A stretch of 64,000 bases of DNA from Clostridia bacterium (GTDB lineage Bacteria; Bacillota; Clostridia; Oscillospirales; CAG-272): NCBI GenBank assembly GCA_017508195.1, contig JAFVZL010000039.1, positions 18,271-82,270 of the forward strand. The letters are read 5' to 3'. Below, in pieces: positions 16,262-25,411 of this stretch. A model generated the notes under the pieces. That model saw only the letters and a program-made list of their open reading frames with translations. It was not told where the DNA came from and ran no database searches. Every line of letters begins with the position of its first letter. Position 1 is the first letter of the stretch. Made by a program: the position numbers and the translations under genes.

Positions 16262-17662
16262 ATGAAAAAGCTATTGGCAGTACTTCTTGCCCTCACACTC
16301 GTTTTCGCTCTCACCGCGTGCTTCGCACCCGATTGCACCGAGCACGTTGACGAGAACAATGATGGCAAGTGCGACGTTTGTGACACGCCCATCGAGCCCG
16401 ATGACGGCGGCGATGAGGAGATCATGACTCACGCAGAGTACGTAGCGGCAGAAGACAATGCTGCGGTTAAGGTTAAGACCTACGTTCAGGCTAAGCAGTC
16501 CTGGTGGGAAAACAAGGGTACCTTCTATACCCAGGCTCCCGACGGTGCTTACTTCCTCTACAATATGCCCTGCACCGAGGAGCAGTACAACGCACTCGTG
16601 CCCGGCACCTGTATAATCGTCAGCGGCTTCAAGGCTGACTTCTCCGGCGAGAAGGAGATCGTCGACGCGACCTATGAGATCGTTCCCGATGATACCTACA
16701 TCGCTACCGCTACCGACCTTACTGAGAAATTCGCGAACGGTGACGATCTTCTCGCAAACCAGAACGAGTTCTTCGCTCTTAAGGGCGCAACCGTAGTTTC
16801 CAAGGCTATATACAACTGGGACGGCACAGGCTCCGCAGGCAACGACCTTTACCTCACCGTCAGCATCGGTGCTAAGCTCTACACCCTCGTTGTTGAGTCC
16901 TACCTCACCGCTGACGGCACCGAGCTCTACGATGCAGTCGAGGCTCTCGAGGCAGGCAACGTTATCGACGTTGAAGGCTTCCTCTATTGGTACAACGGCG
17001 TACAGCCTCACCTCACCAAGCTTACCGTAACCGACGAGGGTAACGTTTCTACTCACGCCGAGTTCGTAGCAGCAGAGGATGACACCGAGCACACTATCAT
17101 TACCTACGTTCAGGCTAAGCAGTCCTGGTGGGATAACAAGGGTACCTTCTATACCCAGGCTCCCGACGGTGCTTACTACCTCTACAATATGCCCTGCACC
17201 GAGGAGCAGTACAACGAGCTTACCGCAGGCACCTGCATCATGGTAACAGGCTTCAAGGCTGACTTCGCAGGTGAGAAGGAGCTCATCGATACCACCTACA
17301 CCATTCTCGGCAAGGGTGGCTTCTCTCCCAAGGCAAACGACCTCACCGATGCTTTTGCTAACGCTGAGGATCTCTTCGTTTATCAGAACGAGTTCTTCAC
17401 CGTTAAGGGTGCTACTGTAACCGCTAAGGCTATTTACAACTGGGACGGCACAGGCTCCGAGGGCAACGACCTCTACCTCGCAGTTACCGTTGGCGAGAAG
17501 GCATACACCTTTGTTGTAGAGTCCTACCTCACCGGTAACGGTACCGAGGTATACGACGGAGTAGAGGCTCTCGAGATCGGCGACGTTATCGACGTCGAGG
17601 GTTACCTCTACTGGTATGATGGCGTACAGCCTCACATCGTAAAGGTTACCGTTCAGGAGTAA
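16262..17662 (+). CDS. lipoprotein made of two tandem ~208-aa repeats, unknown function
   Basis: Lipobox LALTAC|F. An N-terminal CTEHVDENNDGKCDVCD motif. Repeat 1 (16427-17050) and repeat 2 (17051-17659) align along their whole length. Confidence 0.75.
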   Translation: MKKLLAVLLALTLVFALTACFAPDCTEHVDENNDGKCDVCDTPIEPDDGGDEEIMTHAEYVAAEDNAAVKVKTYVQAKQSWWENKGTFYTQAPDGAYFLYNMPCTEEQYNALVPGTCIIVSGFKADFSGEKEIVDATYEIVPDDTYIATATDLTEKFANGDDLLANQNEFFALKGATVVSKAIYNWDGTGSAGNDLYLTVSIGAKLYTLVVESYLTADGTELYDAVEALEAGNVIDVEGFLYWYNGVQPHLTKLTVTDEGNVSTHAEFVAAEDDTEHTIITYVQAKQSWWDNKGTFYTQAPDGAYYLYNMPCTEEQYNELTAGTCIMVTGFKADFAGEKELIDTTYTILGKGGFSPKANDLTDAFANAEDLFVYQNEFFTVKGATVTAKAIYNWDGTGSEGNDLYLAVTVGEKAYTFVVESYLTGNGTEVYDGVEALEIGDVIDVEGYLYWYDGVQPHIVKVTVQE

Positions 17663-17683
17663 TCACAAACCGATAAATACATA

Positions 17684-17712
17684 AGAGCCGCGGATTCCGC
17701 GGCTCTTTTTTT
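17684..17712 (+). terminator. rho-independent terminator
   Basis: AGAGCCGCGG-ATT-CCGCGGCTCT followed by T8. Confidence 0.9.
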
Positions 17713-17861
17713 ACTTTTTCGCTGAGCGAGGCGAGGTAGCTTTTCGGTGAAGCTCTCGACGCACAAAGCAAAGTCTTCACGCAGTGAAGTTTTACTGAGG
17801 CAAAAAACGAAGCTCCCCACACGGCTCGCAGTGAATATCATAATCTTGAATATAAACACAG

Positions 17862-17890
17862 AAAAAGCCTGACCGAAGTCGGGCTTTTCG
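17862..17890. terminator. second terminator-like hairpin (A-run/T-run on both sides)
   Basis: AGCCTGAC-CGAA-GTCGGGCT. The T:G pair is tolerated only on the + strand. It could also serve the convergent GH2 gene, with one mismatch. Confidence 0.5.
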
Positions 17891-18039
17891 TTCTCGCCAA
17901 ATTATTTTAGAGCGATGCTCGGGAAGGCAGATTTGGATGAGGATCGAGGTTATTAGTAGCGACGCTGTAGAAAACTACTGCAAGCTACTAAAACATCGAT
18001 AGAGGCTTGCCTCGTCCTCGCCGAATATGCCAACCGAGA

Positions 18040-20316
18040 TTACTTGAGAAGATTTTTGGGCTTCCTTATCTTATTCAGCTGCTTATTGATCTTAAGAAGC
18101 TCTTCCTTTGTGAAGCTGACGTTTGCCATGCCCATCATGCTCGAGAGACGGAGAACGGTGAAGCCGCCCATCATCTGGATAAGACCCTTACCCATCTTGA
18201 AGCCTGCTACCTCGAAGCCGCCTTCCTTCTTCTCGCCCTTCTTCTCGCCCTTCTTGGACATCTTCTTCTTTAAAGAAAGGCCGAAGCGCATGAACCAGAG
18301 CTTGCCCCAGAAGCAGCTCATGATATCACCGAGCTTATCGTTAAGGGAGAATCTTCCCTCGGGAGCGTCGACGTCGAACCAGTTAAGAACGGCGCCGGTC
18401 TCCTTAAGAACGTAATCCATATTTCTCTCTTCTACCTTGCGGATGGTGCTCTCGTCACGGTACTCGCCCGCGATAGCAACGAGCCGGCTCTCGCCGACGT
18501 TCGGTACGTCAAAGTAGAAGAAGTGATCGGGAGCCTGCTTCTTTCCGATGGACTCACCGTTGAGGAAGAGCTCGACCTCGGGAAGGTTCGAGTAAACGGT
18601 AACCTTTGTAACGTCCTCAACGCGGTCTACGTATCTCTTGCCGCAAATGTGTACGAAGGGATCGTCGGAGAGCCATGCCTTGTAAGCATAGAAGGAATCC
18701 TTCTTATACTTTCTGTCCATGGTGATAAGACCCTTATGGTTCTGTCCGTTCTCGCCGCCCTCTGCTCTCGCATCTGCGCCGAAGTCGAACATATTCCATA
18801 CGTGGGTAGCCCAAAGGTAGGGGCGTGCCTTTATCTGCTTGATAAGCTCCTCGTGGTAGTATGCCTGATATTCCTCGGTATAATCGCCCTGAACGGGATC
18901 GGAGGTATGCCAGTTAAGCGCCTCGCAGCCGTACTCGGAGCAGCCGATCGGAATTTCGGGATGCTTCTTATGGAACTCGTCGAACCAAGGACCGTTCATA
19001 GAAGTATCTCCGCCGTACCAGCCGAAGTAGTGGTTATACGATACTACGTCGGGGATCTGTACGTAGGGATCATCCATCGAGCACATAGAAACGCAAGCGA
19101 TGGTAGTAAGACGGGTCTTATCGAGCTCGTGAACGAGATCGTTAAGAATGTTGTGATTCTCGAGAAGGTCGGGAGTCGAACCGCTGATGGTGATCTCGTT
19201 GGAAAGACCCCATACTACGATAGAGGGGTGATTGTAATTCTGAATTACAAGCTCCTTCATCTGGTTGACGGTGTTCTCGCGGCCGCCGGGCATATGGCGA
19301 GAGATATAGGGAATCTCCGCCCAGATGACCTGACCGTACTCGTCACAAAGATCGTAGAAGTACTCATCGTGCTGATAGTGAGCAAGGCGGATTGTGTTGG
19401 CGCCCATCTCGCAGATGAGCTCCATATCCTCCTTATGATGCTCGGGAAGAAGTGCGTTACCGATGCCGAGTCTGTCCTGGTGACGGGATACACCGCGGAG
19501 GGGGTACTCCTCACCGTTGAGGATAAAGCCGCGGTCGGGGTTGATCTCGAAGGTACGGCAGCCGAATCTCGAGGATACCGCATCGATCTCCTCACCGTCT
19601 CTTACGATAGCCACCTTAGCGGTGTAGAGGTAAGGATCGCGGCGGCCGTGCCAGAGATGAGCCTCACCGATAGCGAGAGTCGCACGGGTCTCGGACGAGG
19701 TTGCGGATGCTACCTCGGCACCCTCCTTATCAAAGACGGTGTAGGATACAACATCTCCGTCCTTAAGTGCGGTAACGTAGGTCTCGATCTCAACGTCCCA
19801 GCCGCTCTCACCTTTCTTAGGAGTGATAACAACGCCTCTGCCGCCGTAGTACTCGAGGTCGAAGTGTGTCTCACTGACACAAACTATATTCACGTCACGG
19901 TAAAGACCGCCGTAGAAGGTAAAGTCAGCCATCTGCGGATATACAGTCTCGTTCGCGCTGTTGTCAACGATAATCGAAAGGTCGAGGGTGTCGCCAACGT
20001 ACTCTGTAACGTCGACGCGCCAGGTGGAGTATCCGCCGTCGTGGCTTGCGAGCTCCTTTTCACCTGCGTATACCTTAGCAGATGAGTTTGCGCCCTTGAT
20101 CTCGAGGAAGTAACGGTCAGCTAGAGGGAGCTCGGATCTTACTACCTTCTTTGCATAGAGGCAGGGGCCGCGGAAGTAATCGTTTCCACCGTCGTGACCG
20201 TCCTCGGCATTCCATGTGTGAGGAAGGTTAACGGTTACCGCGCCCTCGGTTGCCATGGGGTCGGAGCAATTCTTAATGAATCTCCAGCCCTCGTTTATGT
20301 TTAAAATATTTCTCAT
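18040..20316 (-). CDS. glycoside hydrolase family 2 (beta-galactosidase/beta-glucuronidase family) with unusual Lys/Met-rich C-terminal tail
   Basis: N-terminal INEGWRF, NTIRLAHYQ, WGLSNE (acid/base Glu context) and CSEYGCEA (nucleophile Glu context). Start set at ATG 20316 (AAAGGAG SD). Confidence 0.85.
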   Translation of the reverse strand: MRNILNINEGWRFIKNCSDPMATEGAVTVNLPHTWNAEDGHDGGNDYFRGPCLYAKKVVRSELPLADRYFLEIKGANSSAKVYAGEKELASHDGGYSTWRVDVTEYVGDTLDLSIIVDNSANETVYPQMADFTFYGGLYRDVNIVCVSETHFDLEYYGGRGVVITPKKGESGWDVEIETYVTALKDGDVVSYTVFDKEGAEVASATSSETRATLAIGEAHLWHGRRDPYLYTAKVAIVRDGEEIDAVSSRFGCRTFEINPDRGFILNGEEYPLRGVSRHQDRLGIGNALLPEHHKEDMELICEMGANTIRLAHYQHDEYFYDLCDEYGQVIWAEIPYISRHMPGGRENTVNQMKELVIQNYNHPSIVVWGLSNEITISGSTPDLLENHNILNDLVHELDKTRLTTIACVSMCSMDDPYVQIPDVVSYNHYFGWYGGDTSMNGPWFDEFHKKHPEIPIGCSEYGCEALNWHTSDPVQGDYTEEYQAYYHEELIKQIKARPYLWATHVWNMFDFGADARAEGGENGQNHKGLITMDRKYKKDSFYAYKAWLSDDPFVHICGKRYVDRVEDVTKVTVYSNLPEVELFLNGESIGKKQAPDHFFYFDVPNVGESRLVAIAGEYRDESTIRKVEERNMDYVLKETGAVLNWFDVDAPEGRFSLNDKLGDIMSCFWGKLWFMRFGLSLKKKMSKKGEKKGEKKEGGFEVAGFKMGKGLIQMMGGFTVLRLSSMMGMANVSFTKEELLKINKQLNKIRKPKNLLK

Positions 20317-20427
20317 TTTACTCTCCTTTAATGGGGAAATGCCCGACGGTACTATTATGCACCGTCGGGACATCAAAAATCACTCGGGGTGCTTTATTAC
20401 CGATAAATCGGTTGAAAAGCCCCAAAA

Positions 20428-21528
20428 TTAACCGTAAATAGTATAAGGAACGCTGATCTTTTTACCGTCAACGTAGTCTGCTACAACATCCTTGAGAGGC
20501 TCATTGCCCTTGATGAAGTTGCGGAGAATAACTGCCGCAGCGGTAGCCATAGCGTCGTCATCCTCGAGAGCAGCTGCGGAAACGTAGCCGGAATCGATCG
20601 TGTTCATTACGGAGTATGCAGCCTTCTCCTCGTCCTTTGCAGTCTCTGCAAGAAGAGAGCCTGCGTTAGCGGATACACCTACGGTGTAAAGAGGAATGAA
20701 GTGTGTTACGAGCTTGTTATAGTTAAGCTGGTATGCGCGCATAGCGAGAAGGATATCGTCGATATCGCCGTCCTCCATAGAGAGAAGGAGCTCCGCGTTT
20801 GTAGCAACCTTATCGTTGCCCTCAGCACCGGTGAAGCCCTCGAAGATAGAGGTAACGTTCTCACCTGCGGTAAGCTTAGGTGCGAATATTGCTGCCTCGA
20901 GAACAGGCTTTACAGCAGCATTGGACTCGGAGATGTACTTCTCAATAGCCTGTACAAGAAGCGAATTTCCGATAGCCTCAAGGCTGACAACGTCCGTAAA
21001 AGCATAGGAGATCTTACCGTCACCGTTACGGTCGTAGTCGTTCTTCTTATCCTTGTCGTTTGCATTCTCGATAAGGTCCTTAGCGATGCGCTCGCCAAGC
21101 TTTTGGGTGAGAGATGCTGCGTCTACGTCGATCGAGTATACCTTGTCGTACTGAACGAGATTCAGAACGGTGTCAAGAATACCCGTAGCGCACATGAAGA
21201 TAAGCGGAATGTTTGCCTCCTTGGCAGCCTTAAGGGCATGGAGAGCAACAACATCGTTACAGGGATTAAGGACAAGCGCGGGAGCGCCGCCTGCGATAGC
21301 ATCGTCGACAAGCTTCTTCTGAGCATCGGAATCACCGTTTGCATCGTAGTGCTTATACTTGATGTTCTCGATATAAAGTGCTCTGTCAAGAGCGTCTGCC
21401 ATAGTAGCGGAGAAGTCGTCGGTCTGCTTAGCCCAGATAACGGCAACCTCTTTATCGTTAATGGAGCAGGAAACCATTGCGGTAAGTGCAAGAGCAACTA
21501 CCAATACAAGTGCAAGAATCTTTTTCAT
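20428..21528 (-). CDS. lipoprotein with periplasmic-binding-protein type I (sugar-binding) fold
   Basis: Lipobox AMVSC|S. The block VAVIW..DDF...DAL......NIKYKHYDANGDSDAQKKLVDDAIAGGAPALVLNPCND...AKEANIPLIF matches the RbsB/LacI-type PBP1 pattern. GGAGG SD. Confidence 0.6.
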   Translation of the reverse strand: MKKILALVLVVALALTAMVSCSINDKEVAVIWAKQTDDFSATMADALDRALYIENIKYKHYDANGDSDAQKKLVDDAIAGGAPALVLNPCNDVVALHALKAAKEANIPLIFMCATGILDTVLNLVQYDKVYSIDVDAASLTQKLGERIAKDLIENANDKDKKNDYDRNGDGKISYAFTDVVSLEAIGNSLLVQAIEKYISESNAAVKPVLEAAIFAPKLTAGENVTSIFEGFTGAEGNDKVATNAELLLSMEDGDIDDILLAMRAYQLNYNKLVTHFIPLYTVGVSANAGSLLAETAKDEEKAAYSVMNTIDSGYVSAAALEDDDAMATAAAVILRNFIKGNEPLKDVVADYVDGKKISVPYTIYG

Positions 21529-21549
21529 ATCAGTTTTCTCCTCCTTTAT

Positions 21550-23034
21550 TTATGCTTCCTCGGAAACGGTCTCGAGCGCGGGAGCTGCCTCAGCTGCCTC
21601 GACAGCCTCTGCTGCTGCCTCGTTACCGTTCTCGTCACGTCCAAGATCCTTGTTCATCTGGGCGAGAGTCTTCTTATCGAGGTTGTAGATAAGTGCAAGT
21701 CCTACGAACTGCATAACTGCCGCAAGGAGGTAAAGAGCCGCAACGAGATAACGCATGTTGAGCGCTACGAGGAAGGTCTGATTACCGCCGTGGTACTCGG
21801 AATAACCGAGAGCAGCCATAATTACGAGAACGATAGAGGGGCCTGCGCCCTGTGCGAGCTTTCTGAAGAAGGAGTGAAGCGAATATACAACGCCCTCCTC
21901 ACGGGTACCTGTCTTCCACTCGTTGTAGTCGATAGCGTCACCCATAAGAGCCCACGATACGGTGGAGTAGATGCCGAGACCGAGAGAGTAGATGAGCTGG
22001 CAGACAACGTAAAGAACCATACCGAGAACGGTAGGAGTAATAGGAAGGATGAGCATAAGCACACCTGCAACAACGCTGCAGATAGCACCTACGGTCGAGA
22101 GCTCCTTCTTACCGTACTTGGTAACCATCTTACGCGCAAGAGGAGTGAATATTACGATCGGGATCATCGAGAAGAGCTGGATAATACCCGAGACCTGTAC
22201 GTTCTTGAAGTAAGACTGGAAGAGAACGGTAACGGCGGTAGCAGCACCCTGCATACCGATGAACATACCCATAGCGGCGAGAGTTGCGCCTACTGCGGGA
22301 CGGTTAAGCATGAAGTTCTTGAAGGCAACGAGAATGTTTACCTTAGGAGCCTCCTCGCTTACCTTGAGGTCCTCCTCAACTCTGATCTCGGTGGTACGGA
22401 TCATGAACTGGAAGGAGATGAAGCCGAGCACGCCCATGATAAGAGCTGCAAGGAATACGTTCATACCAACGATGTTGTTGTTCTGATCGTAAATGATCAT
22501 AGGAAGGATAACCATGGGAACCATGTTACCTAAGATCGAGCCGATGGAACGCCATGCGGAGAGAGACGCTCTGTCAGCGGTATCATTCGAGATAAGGGAC
22601 AGGAGCGATCCGTAAGGAACGTTAGCGATAGTGTAGAACGCATCCCAGACAACGTAGCCGGCGATGAAGATAATGATCTTCGCCCAGTCGTATGCGTTGG
22701 GAATAGGAAGGAAGCATAGCGCACCCGCTACAAGAAGTCCGATAGAGCCGAACCAGATGTATGTAAGGAACTTGTTGCGCTTATACTTTCGCTTATCCGC
22801 ATCTATTATCGAGCCGATAAGGGGATCGTTAATTGCATCCCATACCTGAACGATAATAAGGAGAAGCGCGTAGAGAATGGAGTCCATTTTCATGAACTGA
22901 GTCCAGAAAATGATGAGAGTTGACTTGAGAGCAAAGCTCATGTTACAGCCGAAGTCGCCTGCAGCATAAGAAATACTGTCGAGTATACCAAACTTGCGTT
23001 TGCCATTCTCATCAAGCTGAATTTCTTTAGCCAT
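21550..23034 (-). CDS. glycoside-pentoside-hexuronide (GPH):cation symporter family MFS transporter
   Basis: 12 hydrophobic segments and the GPH-typical N-terminus (ISYAAGDFGCNMSF ... DAINDPLIGSIID). Start set at ATG 23034 (MAKEIQ). Confidence 0.8.
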   Translation of the reverse strand: MAKEIQLDENGKRKFGILDSISYAAGDFGCNMSFALKSTLIIFWTQFMKMDSILYALLLIIVQVWDAINDPLIGSIIDADKRKYKRNKFLTYIWFGSIGLLVAGALCFLPIPNAYDWAKIIIFIAGYVVWDAFYTIANVPYGSLLSLISNDTADRASLSAWRSIGSILGNMVPMVILPMIIYDQNNNIVGMNVFLAALIMGVLGFISFQFMIRTTEIRVEEDLKVSEEAPKVNILVAFKNFMLNRPAVGATLAAMGMFIGMQGAATAVTVLFQSYFKNVQVSGIIQLFSMIPIVIFTPLARKMVTKYGKKELSTVGAICSVVAGVLMLILPITPTVLGMVLYVVCQLIYSLGLGIYSTVSWALMGDAIDYNEWKTGTREEGVVYSLHSFFRKLAQGAGPSIVLVIMAALGYSEYHGGNQTFLVALNMRYLVAALYLLAAVMQFVGLALIYNLDKKTLAQMNKDLGRDENGNEAAAEAVEAAEAAPALETVSEEA

Positions 23035-23234
23035 TTTTAGTTCACCTTTCTTTATAAAAATATTATTTTGTGAATACACAACTATATAGTATCACATACA
23101 CGAGCACATTTCAAGCCCACAAAATGAAACAAGTGTGACACATGTGTTAGAATTTTCACATGCCTATTTGTTAAACATTACCAAGGGACGCGCAAAAAAC
23201 ACCAATTTCAATGTAGAAAATAGATAAGGCACTA

Positions 23235-23263
23235 TTGACACACTCGTAACAGTAGTGTATAAT
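23235..23263 (+). promoter_or_regulatory. sigma-A-type promoter of the TetR-esterase pair
   Basis: TTGACA (23235-23240), 17-nt spacer, TATAAT (23258-23263). The spacer contains ACACT...AGTGT arms that could be an operator. Confidence 0.7.
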
Positions 23264-23293
23264 GTAAGAACAAAACACTAATGGGAGTTTTTT

Positions 23294-23881
23294 ATGTTCA
23301 AGGAATGTAAAACCGAAAGATCTGCCAAGAGGCAGCGACTTATAGAAAACACTCTGTTCGATATGATGAAGCGCCGAAGCTATGACGATATCACCGTCAC
23401 CGACCTGTGCGAGGAGCTGAAGATGCCGAGAAAGGCGTTTTACAGATACTTCGACAGCAAGGACTGTGCCCTTCAGGGTCTCATAGTACATACCCTGCCC
23501 GAATACGCGAAAGAGCAGACACCGATAGCGGGACAAAGAGTGCTGCGAAACGAGCTTATGGGCTTCTTCGAGTTCTGGAAAAAGCGGCACGAGCTTCTCG
23601 AGGTGCTCGACAGAAACGGTAAGATATCCATCGTTATGGAGTGTTGCCTCAGCTTCCCGGTCGAGACCTTCGTAAGCATAGAGAGAATACTGCCCGATGA
23701 GGAGCCTGCTATGCGCGACAAGATCTATCGCTTCGCCATAGGAGGGCTTATATCCATAGTGATAGAATGGTACCGAGAAGGTTTTAAAGAGCCGGCGAGC
23801 GAGATAGCGAGGCTGGCAGTAAGGGTATTGACCAAGCCCCCCTTCCCCGCACTTTCCCGTATGGGAATGAGCGATATTTGA
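23294..23881 (+). CDS. TetR/AcrR-family transcriptional regulator
   Basis: 195 aa. N-terminal HTH block YDDITVTDLCEELKMPRKAFYRYFDSKD. Confidence 0.85.
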   Translation: MFKECKTERSAKRQRLIENTLFDMMKRRSYDDITVTDLCEELKMPRKAFYRYFDSKDCALQGLIVHTLPEYAKEQTPIAGQRVLRNELMGFFEFWKKRHELLEVLDRNGKISIVMECCLSFPVETFVSIERILPDEEPAMRDKIYRFAIGGLISIVIEWYREGFKEPASEIARLAVRVLTKPPFPALSRMGMSDI

Positions 23882-23897
23882 GAATTTTTGAAAAGTT

Positions 23898-24575
23898 ATG
23901 TTTACAGAATCAATTAAAATCAACTCGATGGAAGTGGTTATTCGCTTCCCGGATAATTATGACAGCACCAAGCAATACCCGACACTTCTCCACCTACACG
24001 GTGCAGGATTCAGATATTCGTCAAGAGAAAAGCTCGAGAGGAGCGCCTTCTTTACGAACACCGCCGAGCACGTAAACGATCTAGGGATCATCACAGTCTC
24101 GCCTATCTGCTCCGAGGACACCTGGTTCAATCTTATGGGAGAGCTTCACGAGCTGCTCAGGACTCTATCCGAGCTTCCATACGTCGATAACGACAGAATT
24201 TACATTATGGGCTGCAGTATGGGCGGGTACGGCACCTGGATACTCGCCATGTGCTATCCCGAATACTTTGCCGCAATGGTCCCCATCTGCGGCGGTGGAA
24301 TGAGCTGGAACATCGCAAGATACAAAAACATTCCCATCTGGGCGCATCACGGTGCACTTGACGACGTCGTTCCCTTAAACGAGAGCGAAAAGATGGTCGA
24401 GGCAGCAAAAAAGGCGGGGTGCGACGTCAGATTTACGGTCTACCCCGATATCCTGCACGCATCCTGGATTCCCGTTTACAGAAGCAGAGAGGTATTCGAA
24501 TGGCTTCTGTCGAAAAAACGCAGCAGTACCGAGACAAAGGCACTTCAATATGACGACGGTGTCAAATACGGATGA
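23898..24575 (+). CDS. alpha/beta-hydrolase esterase (carboxylesterase/peptidase S9-like)
   Basis: Nucleophile elbow GCSMGG with downstream Asp (GALDDVV) and His (ILHASW). 225 aa. Confidence 0.75.
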   Translation: MFTESIKINSMEVVIRFPDNYDSTKQYPTLLHLHGAGFRYSSREKLERSAFFTNTAEHVNDLGIITVSPICSEDTWFNLMGELHELLRTLSELPYVDNDRIYIMGCSMGGYGTWILAMCYPEYFAAMVPICGGGMSWNIARYKNIPIWAHHGALDDVVPLNESEKMVEAAKKAGCDVRFTVYPDILHASWIPVYRSREVFEWLLSKKRSSTETKALQYDDGVKYG

Positions 24576-24698
24576 TCTTTTATGAAGATCCCGTCATCCG
24601 CCCGCTGTACACCCGGCGGCAACAGCATTTTTAACAGTACAAAAGCACCCCCGTGTCAAATTTCAGGCACTTAAGTGCAAAAAAGGAAGGAGTACATT

Positions 24699-25340
24699 AT
24701 GCCTACCCAGAATTCTTACAAAATCAGAACAAAGAGAGCAAACCTCTTACTCAGAGTATCGAAGGGGCACTTTGCAACCAACCACAGCCACATCAATTAT
24801 TACATCGACGTAACTACGCAGAAGATGCGTCTGTCCGAGGCACAGGCGGTTGCCGAGGAGCTCGTATCCTACTACAATACAAATACGATCATCGACGCCA
24901 TTCTATGCCTCGACGGTATGGAGGTTATAGGAACCTGTATCGCAAACGAGCTTACCAAGGGCAGCTTCATGAACCTTAACGCGCATCAGACCATATACGT
25001 AGTAACACCGGAGCGCACCTCGGGCAGCCAGATCATTTTCCGTGACAGCACGCGCCAGATGATAGAGGGTAAACACGTGCTCATTCTCGCGGCATCTGTT
25101 ACAACAGGCTACACCACAGGCTCGGCTATCGAGGCTATCAACTACTACGGCGGTCACGTTGCAGGAATCGCTTCGATATTCTCGACGGTTGACGAGTGCG
25201 GCGGATATCCCGTACATTCCGCTTTCGATACCGCAGACCTTGACGGATACGTTACGTATCCTGCTCACGAGTGTCCGTGGTGTAAGGCGGGAGAGCGCAT
25301 TGATGCGCTGGTTAATGGCTTCGGTTACTCCAAACTTTGA
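24699..25340 (+). CDS. type-I phosphoribosyltransferase-fold protein with degenerate PRPP loop
   Basis: PRTase-like core VLILAASVTTGYTTGSAI, where Ala-Ser replaces the usual acidic pair. C-terminal HECPWCKAGE. Start at ATG 24699 (GGAAGGAG SD). Confidence 0.55.
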   Translation: MPTQNSYKIRTKRANLLLRVSKGHFATNHSHINYYIDVTTQKMRLSEAQAVAEELVSYYNTNTIIDAILCLDGMEVIGTCIANELTKGSFMNLNAHQTIYVVTPERTSGSQIIFRDSTRQMIEGKHVLILAASVTTGYTTGSAIEAINYYGGHVAGIASIFSTVDECGGYPVHSAFDTADLDGYVTYPAHECPWCKAGERIDALVNGFGYSKL

Positions 25341-25383
25341 GTGGTTGGCGCATTTTGGTATAACCGTAAATGGAATATTTATT

Positions 25384-25411
25384 GCGGGGCACTTATGTGC
25401 CTCGCTTTTTT
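25384..25411 (+). terminator. rho-independent terminator (inside repeat unit 1) for the 24699 gene
   Basis: GCGGGGCAC-TTAT-GTGCCTCGC followed by T6. The G:T pair is compatible with the + strand only. Confidence 0.75.

Noticed and set aside
20701-22533. 610-aa ORF on the + strand
   Set aside because: It is antisense to two well-supported minus-strand genes (the PBP1 lipoprotein and the GPH symporter) and runs straight across their intergenic gap. The translation is low-complexity (Cys/Val/Leu/Asn-rich) with no motif and no SD. Such long antisense ORFs arise here because the sense genes avoid TTA, CTA and TCA codons.
23241-23257. TetR operator inside the 23235-23263 promoter spacer
   Set aside because: Only 5-nt inverted arms (ACACT...AGTGT) are present. 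That is too weak to call without binding-site data, so it is mentioned only as a possibility.
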